A stretch of 40,565 nt of DNA from Chloroflexota bacterium (GCA_013815585.1 JACDFU010000004.1:1-40565), one strand, 5' to 3'. Shown: positions 15,049 through 24,191, counted from the stretch's first letter. The notes: generated by a model not told the origin, from the letters alone. Numbers and translations: made by a program.

Positions 15049-17844
15049 GTGTCAGCGATCGTTGCCCGGAGCGCCGAGCTGGCGCAGGTGCAGGAATTCC
15101 TGGACGAAGTCCTCGCGGGCCCCGCCGCGATGGTGCTGGAAGGCGAGACCGGCGCAGGCAAGACGACCATCTGGAAGGCCGCTCTCGAGGCGGCACTTGC
15201 CCGGGGATACCGCGTCCTCTCCTGTCGCCCTGTCGAGGCCGAGTCGTCGCTGGCGTTCGCGGCGCTTGGCGACCTGTTTGATGGCGTGCTGGAAGAACTG
15301 GATCCACCGCTGCCTGGACCCCAGCAGCACGCACTCGAAGTTGCGATTCTCGTCGCCAATCCCGAGGGTCCACCGCCAGACCAGCGCGCCGTTTCAGTGG
15401 CTTCACTGGGCGTTCTTCGGTCGCTCTCGGCGCGCTCACCCGTACTCGTGGGCGTCGATGACCTCCACTCGATGGACATCGCATCCGCTCGGGTCCTCGA
15501 GTTCGTGCTTCGGCGTCTCGAGGTCGACCGCGTGGGCTTCGTCGCGGGACTGCGCAGCGGAGATACGGCCCCACTGTCGATGGACCAGACCTATCCGGAG
15601 GCACGCCTTCACCGGCTGGCGGTCGGCCCGCTCGACGGCGACGCACTGGACGAGCTGTTCCGCTCGCGCCTGGGCGGAAGCTTCCCCAGACCCGTGCTGC
15701 GGCAGATCGAAGCGGCATCTGGGGGCAACCCGCTGTTTGCACTGGAGATCGCCAAAGGCATCCTCCGCGGAGACGTCAGTGCTGAGCCCGGGGAACACCT
15801 TCCTGTCCCCGACACGCTCCAGGAACTCATTCGCGACCGGCTGGGAGCGTTGTCAGCTGACGTGCGGGATGTCCTTTCAGCGGCCGCCGCATTGTCCGAT
15901 CCAACGCTTGAGATGCTGGAGCGTGCCGCCCCGACCGAAATGCCGACGCTCCGCGCGGTGGAGGAGGCGATCGAAGCCGGAATTGTCGAACTGAGCGGGC
16001 AGAGCCTTCAGTTCAGCCACCCCCTGTTCGCCTCGACGCTATACCACCAGATCACTCCCAAACGCAGGCGCGCGCTGCATCGTCGACTGGCTGACCTCGT
16101 GTCCACCCCGGAGGAGCGGGCACTTCACCTCGCACTTGCCGCGGCCGGTCCCGACGCCGCCGTGGCTGCCGCGCTGGACCAGGCGGCTCGAAGGGCCGCC
16201 GCGCGCGGCGCCCCGGACGCTGGCGCCGACCTCTCCGAGCAAGCGTACCGACTGACCCCCGCGAGAAGTGCCGGGGAGGCAACTCGCCGGCGAGTCGAGG
16301 CAGCGGAGTATCACTTCGCGGCGGGCGACACTGGGAGGGCACGTCGCCTGCTGGAGGAAGTCGCATCAGCCGCGGAGCCGGGGCCGGTCCGCGCGGGCAT
16401 CCTCCGCCGCCTGGCCAAGGTGCGCTACCGTAGCGACAGTTGCTCCGTAGCCGCGGAGCTTCTCAACCGAGCCCTCCAGGAGACGGGCGACAACCCCTCG
16501 GCGCGAGCCGAGATCCAGCGCGATCTCGCCTGGGCTGTGACGTTGTGTGGTGACGTACCGAACGCGGCGGAATACGCGCAGGCTGCGCTCCAGGCGGTTC
16601 AGGGCGAGACGGCTGAGCAGATGGTGCCGGAGCTCCTCGCGGCTTCCGCAATGGCCGAGTTCCTCCTGGGGCGCGGGATCCCCAGGGATCTCATGCGCCG
16701 CGCTGTAGAGCTCGAACGACCCAGTCCCGACGTTCCGATCGAGTGGCGCCCCAGCATGGTGCTGGGCATGATGCTCAAGTGGTCCGGCGACCTCATCGGC
16801 GCCCGAACGCGCTTCGAGAATTTGCACCGGCAGGTGCTTCAGGCGGGGGAGGAAACGTCCCTCGCATTTCTGCTTTCCCAGATGAGCGAGGGCGCAACGC
16901 TCGAGGGCGATTGGAGCACGGCGCTTCGGCAGGCGGACGAGGCCGACAAATTCGCCCTGCAAACTGGTCAGGACCTGGTTCGGGCCGGCGTGCTCTATGC
17001 CAAGAGCCTCGTCCAGGCGCACATGGGCCACGCGGATGAGGCGCGTGAAACCGCCCGTGCGGGCCTGGCCCTTTCGGAGCGGGTCGGCTCGGTGCTGACC
17101 ATGATGCTCAACCAGACCGTGTTGGGGTTCGTGGAGCACTCGCTCGAGAAACCAGCCGCCGCGCACGGCTACCTGGCACCGTTAGTCGCCTGGCTCGACA
17201 TCGTCGGAATTCGGGAGCCGGGTATCTTCCGGTTCGTCCCGGACGAGGTGGAGGCCCTGATCGCCCTCGGCGATCTTGACAAGGCACAGGCACTGCTTGC
17301 GCCCTACGAGGAGGACGTCGCGCGGCTCGACCGACCGTCACCGCTCCTGGCGGCCGCCCGCTGCCGCGCGCTGCATACCGGTGCGGTGGGCGATTCCTCG
17401 GCCGCGGCGTCATTGCTCGAACGTGGCTTGAGCGACCACGGAGAGCTTGCCCAGCCCTTTGAGCGTGCCCGTGCCTGGCTTGTGATGGGTACGATCCAGC
17501 GTCGTACCCGGCAGCGGCGAGCCGCTCGAGCGTCGCTTCAACAGGCGTTGGAGATCTTCGACCACCTGGGTGCCAAGTTATGGTCATTGCGGGCGCGGCG
17601 TGCGCTAGGCATACGAATGGAGCGGGGATCGACAGGCGGGGCCGTGCTCACGCCGGCCGAGCGGCGCGTAGCCGAGCTGGTCGCCTCGGGTGGTACGAAT
17701 CGCGAGGTCGCCGACCGCCTGTTCGTGAGCGTGAGAGCCGTCGAGCTCCACCTCACGAGTATCTACCGTAAGCTCGGCATCAGGTCTCGCACTGAGCTTG
17801 CGCTAAAGATCGTGCGTGACGACGCAGCGGTCGCTCGGATGTGA
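15049..17844 (+). CDS. LAL/MalT-like regulator: N-terminal STAND ATPase and C-terminal LuxR HTH
   Basis: Walker A GETGAGKT, Walker B VGVDDLH, GGNPLFALE, FSHPL; C-terminal LTPAERRVAELVASGGTNREVADRLFVSVRAVELHLTSIYRKLG. Confidence 0.92.
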   Translation: MSAIVARSAELAQVQEFLDEVLAGPAAMVLEGETGAGKTTIWKAALEAALARGYRVLSCRPVEAESSLAFAALGDLFDGVLEELDPPLPGPQQHALEVAILVANPEGPPPDQRAVSVASLGVLRSLSARSPVLVGVDDLHSMDIASARVLEFVLRRLEVDRVGFVAGLRSGDTAPLSMDQTYPEARLHRLAVGPLDGDALDELFRSRLGGSFPRPVLRQIEAASGGNPLFALEIAKGILRGDVSAEPGEHLPVPDTLQELIRDRLGALSADVRDVLSAAAALSDPTLEMLERAAPTEMPTLRAVEEAIEAGIVELSGQSLQFSHPLFASTLYHQITPKRRRALHRRLADLVSTPEERALHLALAAAGPDAAVAAALDQAARRAAARGAPDAGADLSEQAYRLTPARSAGEATRRRVEAAEYHFAAGDTGRARRLLEEVASAAEPGPVRAGILRRLAKVRYRSDSCSVAAELLNRALQETGDNPSARAEIQRDLAWAVTLCGDVPNAAEYAQAALQAVQGETAEQMVPELLAASAMAEFLLGRGIPRDLMRRAVELERPSPDVPIEWRPSMVLGMMLKWSGDLIGARTRFENLHRQVLQAGEETSLAFLLSQMSEGATLEGDWSTALRQADEADKFALQTGQDLVRAGVLYAKSLVQAHMGHADEARETARAGLALSERVGSVLTMMLNQTVLGFVEHSLEKPAAAHGYLAPLVAWLDIVGIREPGIFRFVPDEVEALIALGDLDKAQALLAPYEEDVARLDRPSPLLAAARCRALHTGAVGDSSAAASLLERGLSDHGELAQPFERARAWLVMGTIQRRTRQRRAARASLQQALEIFDHLGAKLWSLRARRALGIRMERGSTGGAVLTPAERRVAELVASGGTNREVADRLFVSVRAVELHLTSIYRKLGIRSRTELALKIVRDDAAVARM

Positions 17845-17890
17845 AACGCTGTCGCACGCTCCACGTGCCGTGACGAGGAAGGAAGGAACT

Positions 17891-18796
17891 ATGGAGGAGC
17901 AAGACGGTCGCGCAGGTCCCGCCGTCGCCCAGGGACCGGACATCGATGCCGAGCTGCTGCGCGAGCTGGTGGCGCATCTGAGGCACCACCGGACGCGGCT
18001 TCGGGAGGAGTGGGCCCGGCGCATTACCGACGCTCAGCTGCTGAGTGTCATGACGGCCGGCGAGATCTTTTCCGAGGTCACGGCGGTCTACGACAACTAC
18101 GTCGACGCTCTCGAGACGGGGAGCATCGAGGCCCTCGAGGCCTACGCGAGGAGCCTCTCCGAGCGAATCATCCCCCGCGGCGTGGAAACCCACGAGGTAC
18201 TCGGCGTCGTGCTCCTGCTGCGCGACGTGCTGGCGCGTTCCCTGTTCGAGAAGTACGTCGAGGACTCGGACCTGCTCAATCGTGTGCTCGACGCGTACGA
18301 GCCGGCTGCAAACCGGATCGCAGTGACGGTCGGTGTGAGCTTCGTTCAGGAGCGAGAGCGCGTCATTCGCCAGCAACAGTTGGCGATCCGAGAGCTCTCA
18401 ACCCCGGTCCTCAAAGTGCGCGAGCAGCTGCTCATTCTCCCGATCATCGGCGCGCTCGACACCGCGAGGGCCCGCCAGCTGACCGAGCAACTGCTGCGTG
18501 GGATCCGCGACAACCGCGCGAAGGTAGTGGTCATCGACATCACCGGTGTACCGGCGATTGATGTCGAAGTCGCAAACCATCTTGTCCAGGCCGTTCGCGC
18601 GTCACGGCTGATGGGCGCCCACGTCATCATCAGCGGTCTCTCGGCCGAGATCGCCCAGACGCTCGTGAACCTCAGGGTCGACTTGAGCATGATGCAGAGC
18701 GTGGGCGACCTCCAAGGTGGGATCGAGGAGGGCGAACGTCAGTTGAGCTACGCCGTGACGAGGATCGATGGAGTCGGGGCGGAAGGGGAAGGATAG
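17891..18796 (+). CDS. rsbR: RsbR-like stressosome sensor (RsbRD_N-like N-terminus + STAS domain)
   Basis: QQLAIRELSTPV, LILPIIGALDTARA, VVVIDITGVPAID, IISGLSAEIAQTLV; ATG 17891 after GGAAGGA. Confidence 0.85.
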   Translation: MEEQDGRAGPAVAQGPDIDAELLRELVAHLRHHRTRLREEWARRITDAQLLSVMTAGEIFSEVTAVYDNYVDALETGSIEALEAYARSLSERIIPRGVETHEVLGVVLLLRDVLARSLFEKYVEDSDLLNRVLDAYEPAANRIAVTVGVSFVQERERVIRQQQLAIRELSTPVLKVREQLLILPIIGALDTARARQLTEQLLRGIRDNRAKVVVIDITGVPAIDVEVANHLVQAVRASRLMGAHVIISGLSAEIAQTLVNLRVDLSMMQSVGDLQGGIEEGERQLSYAVTRIDGVGAEGEG

Positions 18797-18807
18797 ACCC
18801 CGCCTCC

Positions 18808-19152
18808 ATGCCCGTCTCGATTCTGAAGCAGCGCCACTACCTGATCGCCTCGGTTCAGTCCGCGCTCACCGATACCGAGGTCCTGGAATTGCGCGACGCG
18901 CTGCTCGCGGAGCTGGCCAAGCATCGCTCTCGCGGAATCATCATCGATGTGGCGGCGCTGGACGTGATCGATTCCTTCGTTTCGCGGTCGCTGACGACCG
19001 TCGCACGCACCGGCACGCTGCGCGGAGCAAGGACCGTGATCGTCGGCATCCAGCCTGAGGTGGCCGTCGCGATGAGCCATTTCGGCCTTGGGTTGGAGGC
19101 CGTGGATACTGCTCTCGATCTCGAAGCCGGCATTGAGCTGCTCGATCGCTGA
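18808..19152 (+). CDS. rsbS: RsbS-like STAS protein
   Basis: MPVSILKQ, LIASVQSALTD, GIIIDVAALDVIDSF (phospho-Ser motif), VIVGIQPEVA, TALDLE. Confidence 0.88.
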   Translation: MPVSILKQRHYLIASVQSALTDTEVLELRDALLAELAKHRSRGIIIDVAALDVIDSFVSRSLTTVARTGTLRGARTVIVGIQPEVAVAMSHFGLGLEAVDTALDLEAGIELLDR

Positions 19153-19162
19153 CTCGCCCATC

Positions 19163-19696
19163 GTGTCCGAAGAGATCCGCGTGACCGTGGCCGCTGATGC
19201 GGACACGGTGGTAGCGCGCCAGAAGGGGAGGGAACTGGCGCTGCGGCTTGGGTTCACGCGAACCGACGCGACATTCATTGCGACCGCGATCTCCGAGATT
19301 GGCCGGAACATCTGGACCCACGCCGGGGAGGGCGAGATCGTGCTGTGCGGTCTCAGCGAAGACGGCCGCGAGGGCATCATCGTCATCGCCCGCGACAAGG
19401 GCCCCGGAATCGCCGATGTGGATGCGGTGATGCGCGACCAACTCAGCTCTGACAAAGGTCTCGGGATGGGCTTGTGGGGCGCAAGGAAGCTCATGGATGA
19501 GGTCACGATCGTCTCCGAGCGCGGCAAGGGCACGACAGTGACGATGAAGAAGTGGCGCGGTTTCGCCTTCGACGAGGTGCGCCAGCTCCTGGGCGAGGGA
19601 GGCGCGGAGCAGCGCGCTCCGAGGCTCGGTCTACGGATCGACGTCTCGAATGTGGCAGAGGCGCTCGAGCAGCTGGAGGACACACCCAGGCGCTGA
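19163..19696 (+). CDS. rsbT: RsbT-like serine/threonine kinase (HATPase_c) with an atypical ~45-aa C-terminal extension
   Basis: VVARQKGR, IATAISEIGRNI, ARDKGPGIAD, GLGMGLWGARKLMDE, GKGTTVTMKKW; GTG 19163 is the likely start. Confidence 0.85.
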   Translation: MSEEIRVTVAADADTVVARQKGRELALRLGFTRTDATFIATAISEIGRNIWTHAGEGEIVLCGLSEDGREGIIVIARDKGPGIADVDAVMRDQLSSDKGLGMGLWGARKLMDEVTIVSERGKGTTVTMKKWRGFAFDEVRQLLGEGGAEQRAPRLGLRIDVSNVAEALEQLEDTPRR

Positions 19697-19797
19697 TGCT
19701 GCTCGACGTGAACCTGCTGCTCTATGCGGTGGACGCGTCGGGACTCGCAACCGCCTGGCGCTCCAGCCGCCCGAGATGTTGTAGTATCGTGCGATGA
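19696..19797 (+). pseudogene. Truncated VapC/PIN toxin (N-terminal remnant)
   Basis: MLLDVNLLLYAVD is a typical VapC N-terminus; TGATG overlap with the upstream stop; the frame ends after 33 codons. Confidence 0.65.
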
Positions 19798-20039
19798 TCA
19801 CTGTTCCAGAGGCAGCGAGGCGGACAGGCCGGGATGCCGAGACCATCCGCCGCTGGATCCGGACAGGGAGGCTCCAGGCGCAGAAGGTCGGTACCCAGCA
19901 CCTTATCGACGAAGCGGACCTCGACGTTCTGGTGGGAGACGAGCAGCTGCCTTTGCCGGCTGAGTGGTCACGCCTGCCCGACGGACGCCCGATGCCCAAT
20001 GTAGTTCGGGCTGTCCGACTCTCGCGGGCCGGCCGTTGA
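19794..20039 (+). CDS. Excisionase-like HTH (HTH_17/MerR-type) protein, putative antitoxin
   Basis: MITVPEAARRTGRDAETIRRWIRTGRLQAQKVG; coupled to the downstream PIN gene. Confidence 0.8.
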   Translation: MITVPEAARRTGRDAETIRRWIRTGRLQAQKVGTQHLIDEADLDVLVGDEQLPLPAEWSRLPDGRPMPNVVRAVRLSRAGR

Positions 20040-20431
20040 GCTATGTCATCGACACGAGCGTCATCGTCCCCGCGTCATTGACCGGCCGATGGCCCCGTTC
20101 GCTGGCTCGCTTCGCGCTGGCAGCACCCACGCTCCTCTGGTCGGAAGCGGCGTCTGCGCTCAAGCAGCTGGAATGGCGAGGCGAGATCGATGCCGATCAG
20201 GCCGAGCGAGCCGTCAGCTGGCTGCAGAAAGCAGGTGTCGAATCGCACGACTCCCGCGAGCTCATCCTGTCGGCCTGGCAGGTGGCAAAGGCGCTGGGAT
20301 GGGCGAAAACGTACGACGCTGAGTACATCGTTCTCGCACAGGGCCTCAGCGTGCCGCTCCTGACCTTCGATGCGCGGCTCCAGCGCGCCGCGGGCCACCT
20401 GGTGGAGATCCGAGGGCCGACTGAAGCCTGA
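20036..20431 (+). CDS. vapC: VapC/PIN-domain toxin
   Basis: YVIDTSV, APTLLWSEAAS, TYDAEYIVLA, LLTFDARL; TTG start overlapping the upstream stop. Confidence 0.85.
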   Translation: MSYVIDTSVIVPASLTGRWPRSLARFALAAPTLLWSEAASALKQLEWRGEIDADQAERAVSWLQKAGVESHDSRELILSAWQVAKALGWAKTYDAEYIVLAQGLSVPLLTFDARLQRAAGHLVEIRGPTEA

Positions 20432-20458
20432 ATGGTCGCTGGCCCCAGCGCGAGCGGA

Positions 20459-20860
20459 TCAGGCGAGCCAGTTCTCGAGGCGGAGGTCCGGCACCCGCTC
20501 GAAGTGACGTTGGTTGCCGGAAACCAAGGTCAAATCGAAGGCGAGCGCGATCGCGGCGATCCGGAGATCCGGCTCAGCCAGAGGAGTACCAAGGCGTTCG
20601 AGGTGAGCCTTCAGACGGCCGAAGATCTCTGCGCCCTTCTCGTCGAACGGCAGAACCGGCAGGGCGTCCGTGAGCTGCTCGAATCGCTCCATGAGGTCCT
20701 CGCGGTTTCGGCGGACAGCACCAAAGACCAGTTCGCCAAGGCTGATCGCGGACATGAACTGTTCCTCGGCCGCGACCGTGGCCAAGCGCCGGACAACTCG
20801 GACGTCGGGATTTCGGCGCAGGGTCGCGGAAAGTGTGTCGGTGTCGAGCAGATAGCTCAT
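20459..20860 (-). CDS. vapC: VapC/PIN-domain toxin
   Basis: YLLDTD, SAISLGELVFG, DLRIAAIALA, LVSGNQRHFERVPDLRLENW. Confidence 0.92.
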   Translation of the reverse strand: MSYLLDTDTLSATLRRNPDVRVVRRLATVAAEEQFMSAISLGELVFGAVRRNREDLMERFEQLTDALPVLPFDEKGAEIFGRLKAHLERLGTPLAEPDLRIAAIALAFDLTLVSGNQRHFERVPDLRLENWLA

Positions 20861-21144
20861 TCGAGCTCGGGGAGCGGGCGATCAGCGGCCGCCTGGCGAC
20901 CGGCAACGACGTCGGCCATGACAGACTCAAAGTCATCCCAGTCAGCCAGCAGCCCTGTAACAGACAGGAGCCCGCCTGCGCGCTCTGCCCGGGGGTGCTC
21001 AGGGTCGGACGTACCCACATACGGGACGACACGCGCGACCGGCCGGTCCCGCCTGACCACAACCGTCGCTTCGCCCCGTTCGGCGGCATCGAGGACCCGG
21101 CGAAAGTCACGCTTTAGCTCGCCCACCGCTAGTTGCCGTGTCAT
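20857..21144 (-). CDS. Phd/YefM-family antitoxin
   Basis: VGELKRDFRRVLDAAERGEATVVVRRDRPVARVVP; ATG 21144; TGACAC repeats and a TTGACA box upstream. Confidence 0.85.
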   Translation of the reverse strand: MTRQLAVGELKRDFRRVLDAAERGEATVVVRRDRPVARVVPYVGTSDPEHPRAERAGGLLSVTGLLADWDDFESVMADVVAGRQAAADRPLPELE

Positions 21145-21364
21145 AGTGTCAGAGTGACTACCGACAGCAGTCGTGTCAAGCAGGGCGGTCCGAAGGCCTG
21201 GGCCCCTCACTACCACCAGAACGGATCACTGCCGATAAGCGAAGTTATGTAACAAGCACAGGAACCGCGGAACTTCTGGTGCCGTGCAGGGGTGCCCGAC
21301 AGGGCCTCGACGACCTGACGGCAGGACGCATGTCCGTCGAGGGGGTGCTCGTGCTGTCCGCGCG

Positions 21365-21476
21365 TCAGCGCTTGAGCGTCCGCCAGAATCGATTGCCCGG
21401 CCAGGCGAAAATGGTGGCCCGTCGCGCCCGACCACAGCCCGGGATCGATGCCCACGAACAGGACGCGCCAGCCGGA
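21365..21476 (-). pseudogene. Remnant of a mismatch-specific uracil-DNA glycosylase (Mug/TDG family)
   Basis: RVLFVGIDPGLWSGATGHHF and then, after a one-base frameshift, AWPGNRFWRTL, matching the Mug motif LFxGINPG...GHHFAxPGNRFW; no start and no C-terminal part. Confidence 0.65.
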
Positions 21477-21513
21477 ACGCTTGGTGGAGCTGATTCGTGA
21501 CTTCCTGACCAGC

Positions 21514-22686
21514 TCAGGAAACGACAGCCTCGACGATGCGTAGCGGCCCAGAGGTGTGGATCAGAGTGCTCTCGGTGAAGCCAGCGGCCTCCAGGAGCTT
21601 GGCGAACTGCTCGCCCGTTCTCTCGCGCCCGCCGGTGATCGCAAGCATGATCACGTCCAGCGTGTGGCCTCGCAGGTCGGCGGCGACGTCCACGAGAACG
21701 TTCTCGATGATGAGCACTCGCGCACCTGGCGAGGCCGCCCGGCGTACGGCGCTCAGGATGGCGGCGGTCTCCGCGTCCGGCCAGTCGTGGAGCACCTCCA
21801 TGAGGACGTACGCGTCCGCAGTGGGCAGCGGGTCGACGAAGAAGTCGCCGGCGTTGGCGGTCAGCCGGTCCCGGTCTATCTCGAGTGAGGCGATGACGTC
21901 CGGTAGGTCGAACAGAATCCCTTCGGCTGTGGGCACGGCGTCGAGCATTGCGCGGAGCAGGTGACCGCGACCTCCTCCGATGTCGGCGATCGTGTCGAAG
22001 CGGCTGAAGTCGTAGGCACTGAGGACGGCGGCCGTGTCGGCGGCAGCTTTCCCCGTCATCGCCTGGCCGAAGATCTCCCGTTCCTCAGGATGCTGCAGGA
22101 GGTATGCCCAGAGTCCGCCGTCGTCGGCCAGTTCGATGGACGGGGACCCGGTTCGGATCGAGTGGTCGAGCCGGCCGAAGGACGCGCGCATGACCGGTAG
22201 GCCGATCATCCGGGAGTACGCGCGCATTGACATCGGGTGGTCGCTGTGCAGCAGCCGCGATGCGTCCGTGTGACCGTACCCGTCGTCCTGACGCTCGAAG
22301 ATTCCGTTCGCCGCCAGCAGGCACAGAACTCGATCGAGCGCACCAGGGTCAACGGTGCATGCGGCCGCCAGCTGCTTGATGCTCACGGGTTCGTCGTCGA
22401 TGTGGTCGGCCACGCCGAGCTCCGCCACGGCATGCAGGGCCGAAGAGGCCACGACGGCATTGGTCAGCATCCAGATTGTCTCGTGCGGTTGCGGTCGTCG
22501 CCTCGCTCGGCGCTCCGGGATGCTGTCAAGCCTCGCGTAGGTCTCGGCGCTTTCGAATTCGAAGGCGACGACGGGCTCATCGCCGACCACCCATGCATCG
22601 TGGCCAGGTTCGATGACATAGGCGTCGTCCGGTCCGGCTTCTCCCTCGGTGCCATCGGTGTGTGCGACGTGCAGGCGGCCCTCCAT
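21514..22686 (-). CDS. SAM-dependent O-methyltransferase (Methyltransf_2 with dimerisation domain), in frame with an upstream cupin fragment
   Basis: LHAVAELGVADHI, IADIGGGRG, LFDLPDV, GDFF, VLHDWPD, GGRERT; the first ~50 aa (GRLHVAHTDGTEGEAGPDDAYVIEPGHDAWVVGDEP) are the second half of a cupin. True start uncertain (22686 or 22470). Confidence 0.8.
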   Translation of the reverse strand: MEGRLHVAHTDGTEGEAGPDDAYVIEPGHDAWVVGDEPVVAFEFESAETYARLDSIPERRARRRPQPHETIWMLTNAVVASSALHAVAELGVADHIDDEPVSIKQLAAACTVDPGALDRVLCLLAANGIFERQDDGYGHTDASRLLHSDHPMSMRAYSRMIGLPVMRASFGRLDHSIRTGSPSIELADDGGLWAYLLQHPEEREIFGQAMTGKAAADTAAVLSAYDFSRFDTIADIGGGRGHLLRAMLDAVPTAEGILFDLPDVIASLEIDRDRLTANAGDFFVDPLPTADAYVLMEVLHDWPDAETAAILSAVRRAASPGARVLIIENVLVDVAADLRGHTLDVIMLAITGGRERTGEQFAKLLEAAGFTESTLIHTSGPLRIVEAVVS

Positions 22687-22843
22687 TGTCGAACTGTTCT
22701 CCCGACGCACAGGGATGCCAACAGCCTGGTCGATAGATGACCGGGGAGAATAAGCCGCTCGAGATCAGCGAGCTGCAGGTACTGGGCGAGCGTTTCCGGT
22801 GGCGCGAATCGATCACGACCCTCCACCGACCGACAATGAACCT

Positions 22844-23242
22844 TCAGTAGCTCCCGCCCCGGCGCATCCGGTCGAGCTCCCGACGAAGCCGCTTGCTCGG
22901 ACGGACCGCGCCGCGCGCCCACTCCAGGCCCTCGGGCATGGTCTCCGTCGGAGGCGGCGGACTATGGTCGATGTAGCAGGTCGCAGCGACCGGAGCGCCG
23001 ACCCTGGACTCGATGACGCGAACGACCTCGACGACGCGCTGGCGGCCTCCGATCAGAGCATCGACCCGATCACCGATCCTAACCCTGGTCGACGCCTTCG
23101 CGGTGTTGCCGTTGATCCGGACATGGCCGCCCTCGCACAGCTCGGTCCCAATGGGACGCGTTTTCACAAGCCGGACCGCGCACAGCCAGCGATCGATCCT
23201 GGTTTCCTCGAGACCCGGGCTCCATCTCCCCTCGTCTGTCAA
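22844..23242 (-). CDS. S4 RNA-binding domain protein (Hsp15/HslR-like)
   Basis: TRIDRWLCAVRLVKTR, GGHVRING..AKAS..VRIGD, RPSKRLRRELDR. Confidence 0.88.
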   Translation of the reverse strand: MTDEGRWSPGLEETRIDRWLCAVRLVKTRPIGTELCEGGHVRINGNTAKASTRVRIGDRVDALIGGRQRVVEVVRVIESRVGAPVAATCYIDHSPPPPTETMPEGLEWARGAVRPSKRLRRELDRMRRGGSY

Positions 23243-23296
23243 GCGTCGGCGCGGTCCGCTAATGGCTTCTGGAGGAGGACTGGGTCCGTCACTAGC

Positions 23297-23578
23297 TCAG
23301 CGTCCCTTCGCCGCGTAGTCAGCCAGCAGGTTGCGAACGACTTCGCTCACCGTTCGACCTTCCTTGGCGGCGCGATCAGCGACGCCTCGATGCAGCGTGC
23401 GAGGAACACGGACAGCAATGCGCGGGGAAGGCTCCGTGGCGGCGCTGTCAAGGGATGGCCTACCGCGCCGTGGCGCCCAGCTCGACAGGTCAACCCCCTG
23501 CTCTGCCTTGGCTGCCAAACGGTCCAGGTCGGCATCAGATAGGACGCGCCCGCCTCTTGTTCTTACCTTTCCTGACAC
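23297..23578 (-). CDS. Ribbon-helix-helix (CopG-like) antitoxin
   Basis: RRGRPSL...SPRIAVRVPRTLHRGVADRAAKEGRTVSEVVRNLLADY; GTG 23578 after GGAG. Confidence 0.75.
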   Translation of the reverse strand: MSGKVRTRGGRVLSDADLDRLAAKAEQGVDLSSWAPRRGRPSLDSAATEPSPRIAVRVPRTLHRGVADRAAKEGRTVSEVVRNLLADYAAKGR

Positions 23579-23741
23579 TCCACCACCCTCCGGTAGGCCT
23601 GTCCGGCCCGAGGAATACGACAAGATCCTCGTCACCGGGATCAGAGCTGTAGAGCGGACAGGCGCAGTTTTCCACGGCGTCGCGCGACCGCTCGTGGATG
23701 ACTCCATGACGAGTTGCGGAGCGGCTATAGCGAATCGCCAT
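23535..23741 (-). pseudogene. Truncated BrnT/RelE-like toxin upstream of the RHH antitoxin
   Basis: MAIRYSRSATRHGV...DLVVFLGPDR resembles the SARKHG...IGPD toxin family, but the expected LEV...VIHAM C-terminal half is absent. Confidence 0.5.
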
Positions 23742-23835
23742 GTCACCAGGTCCATTGTGTCCCTCGGTTGTCAAATGCGCCGACGGCTAGCCCCGACGAG
23801 TCTCCAAGAGTCGTCCACCTCGCGCCGGCATTGCG

Positions 23836-24125
23836 TTATCTCGCAAGGGCTTCGAGGACGGCCTCTGAGACTGCTCGGGGGCTTCGCGTCATCGGATGCA
23901 CGGCGATGACGTATCTGCGGACCCACCCCATCTGGCATCCGTTGACGGTCCCCTCCCCCGTCTGACGTGCGACGCGCGCCAAGGGTCGCTGCATCGACCG
24001 GCGTAGCGACGTCCCACCTGTCGATCCAGCCGTTCACTGCTCTGCCGATCACGAGGAGGTCGCCGTCGTACTTCGCGCCGACCTTTGGCCAGAACAGCGC
24101 CAGCTCGTGAGGCTGGATCCCGGGC
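23836..24125 (-). pseudogene. Degraded gene fragment, possibly uracil-DNA glycosylase-like superfamily
   Basis: LFWPKVGAKYDGDLLVIGRAVNGW and, after a frameshift near 23975, MGWVRRYVIAVHPMTRSPRAVSEAVLEALAR-stop; N- and C-terminal motifs are close together, suggesting an internal deletion. Confidence 0.3.
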
Positions 24126-24191
24126 GTCGATGCGACCCGGGCGAGACGCCGAGGTTGACGCCGATATTGATGTGAGAATAGGCTTCGCTTC

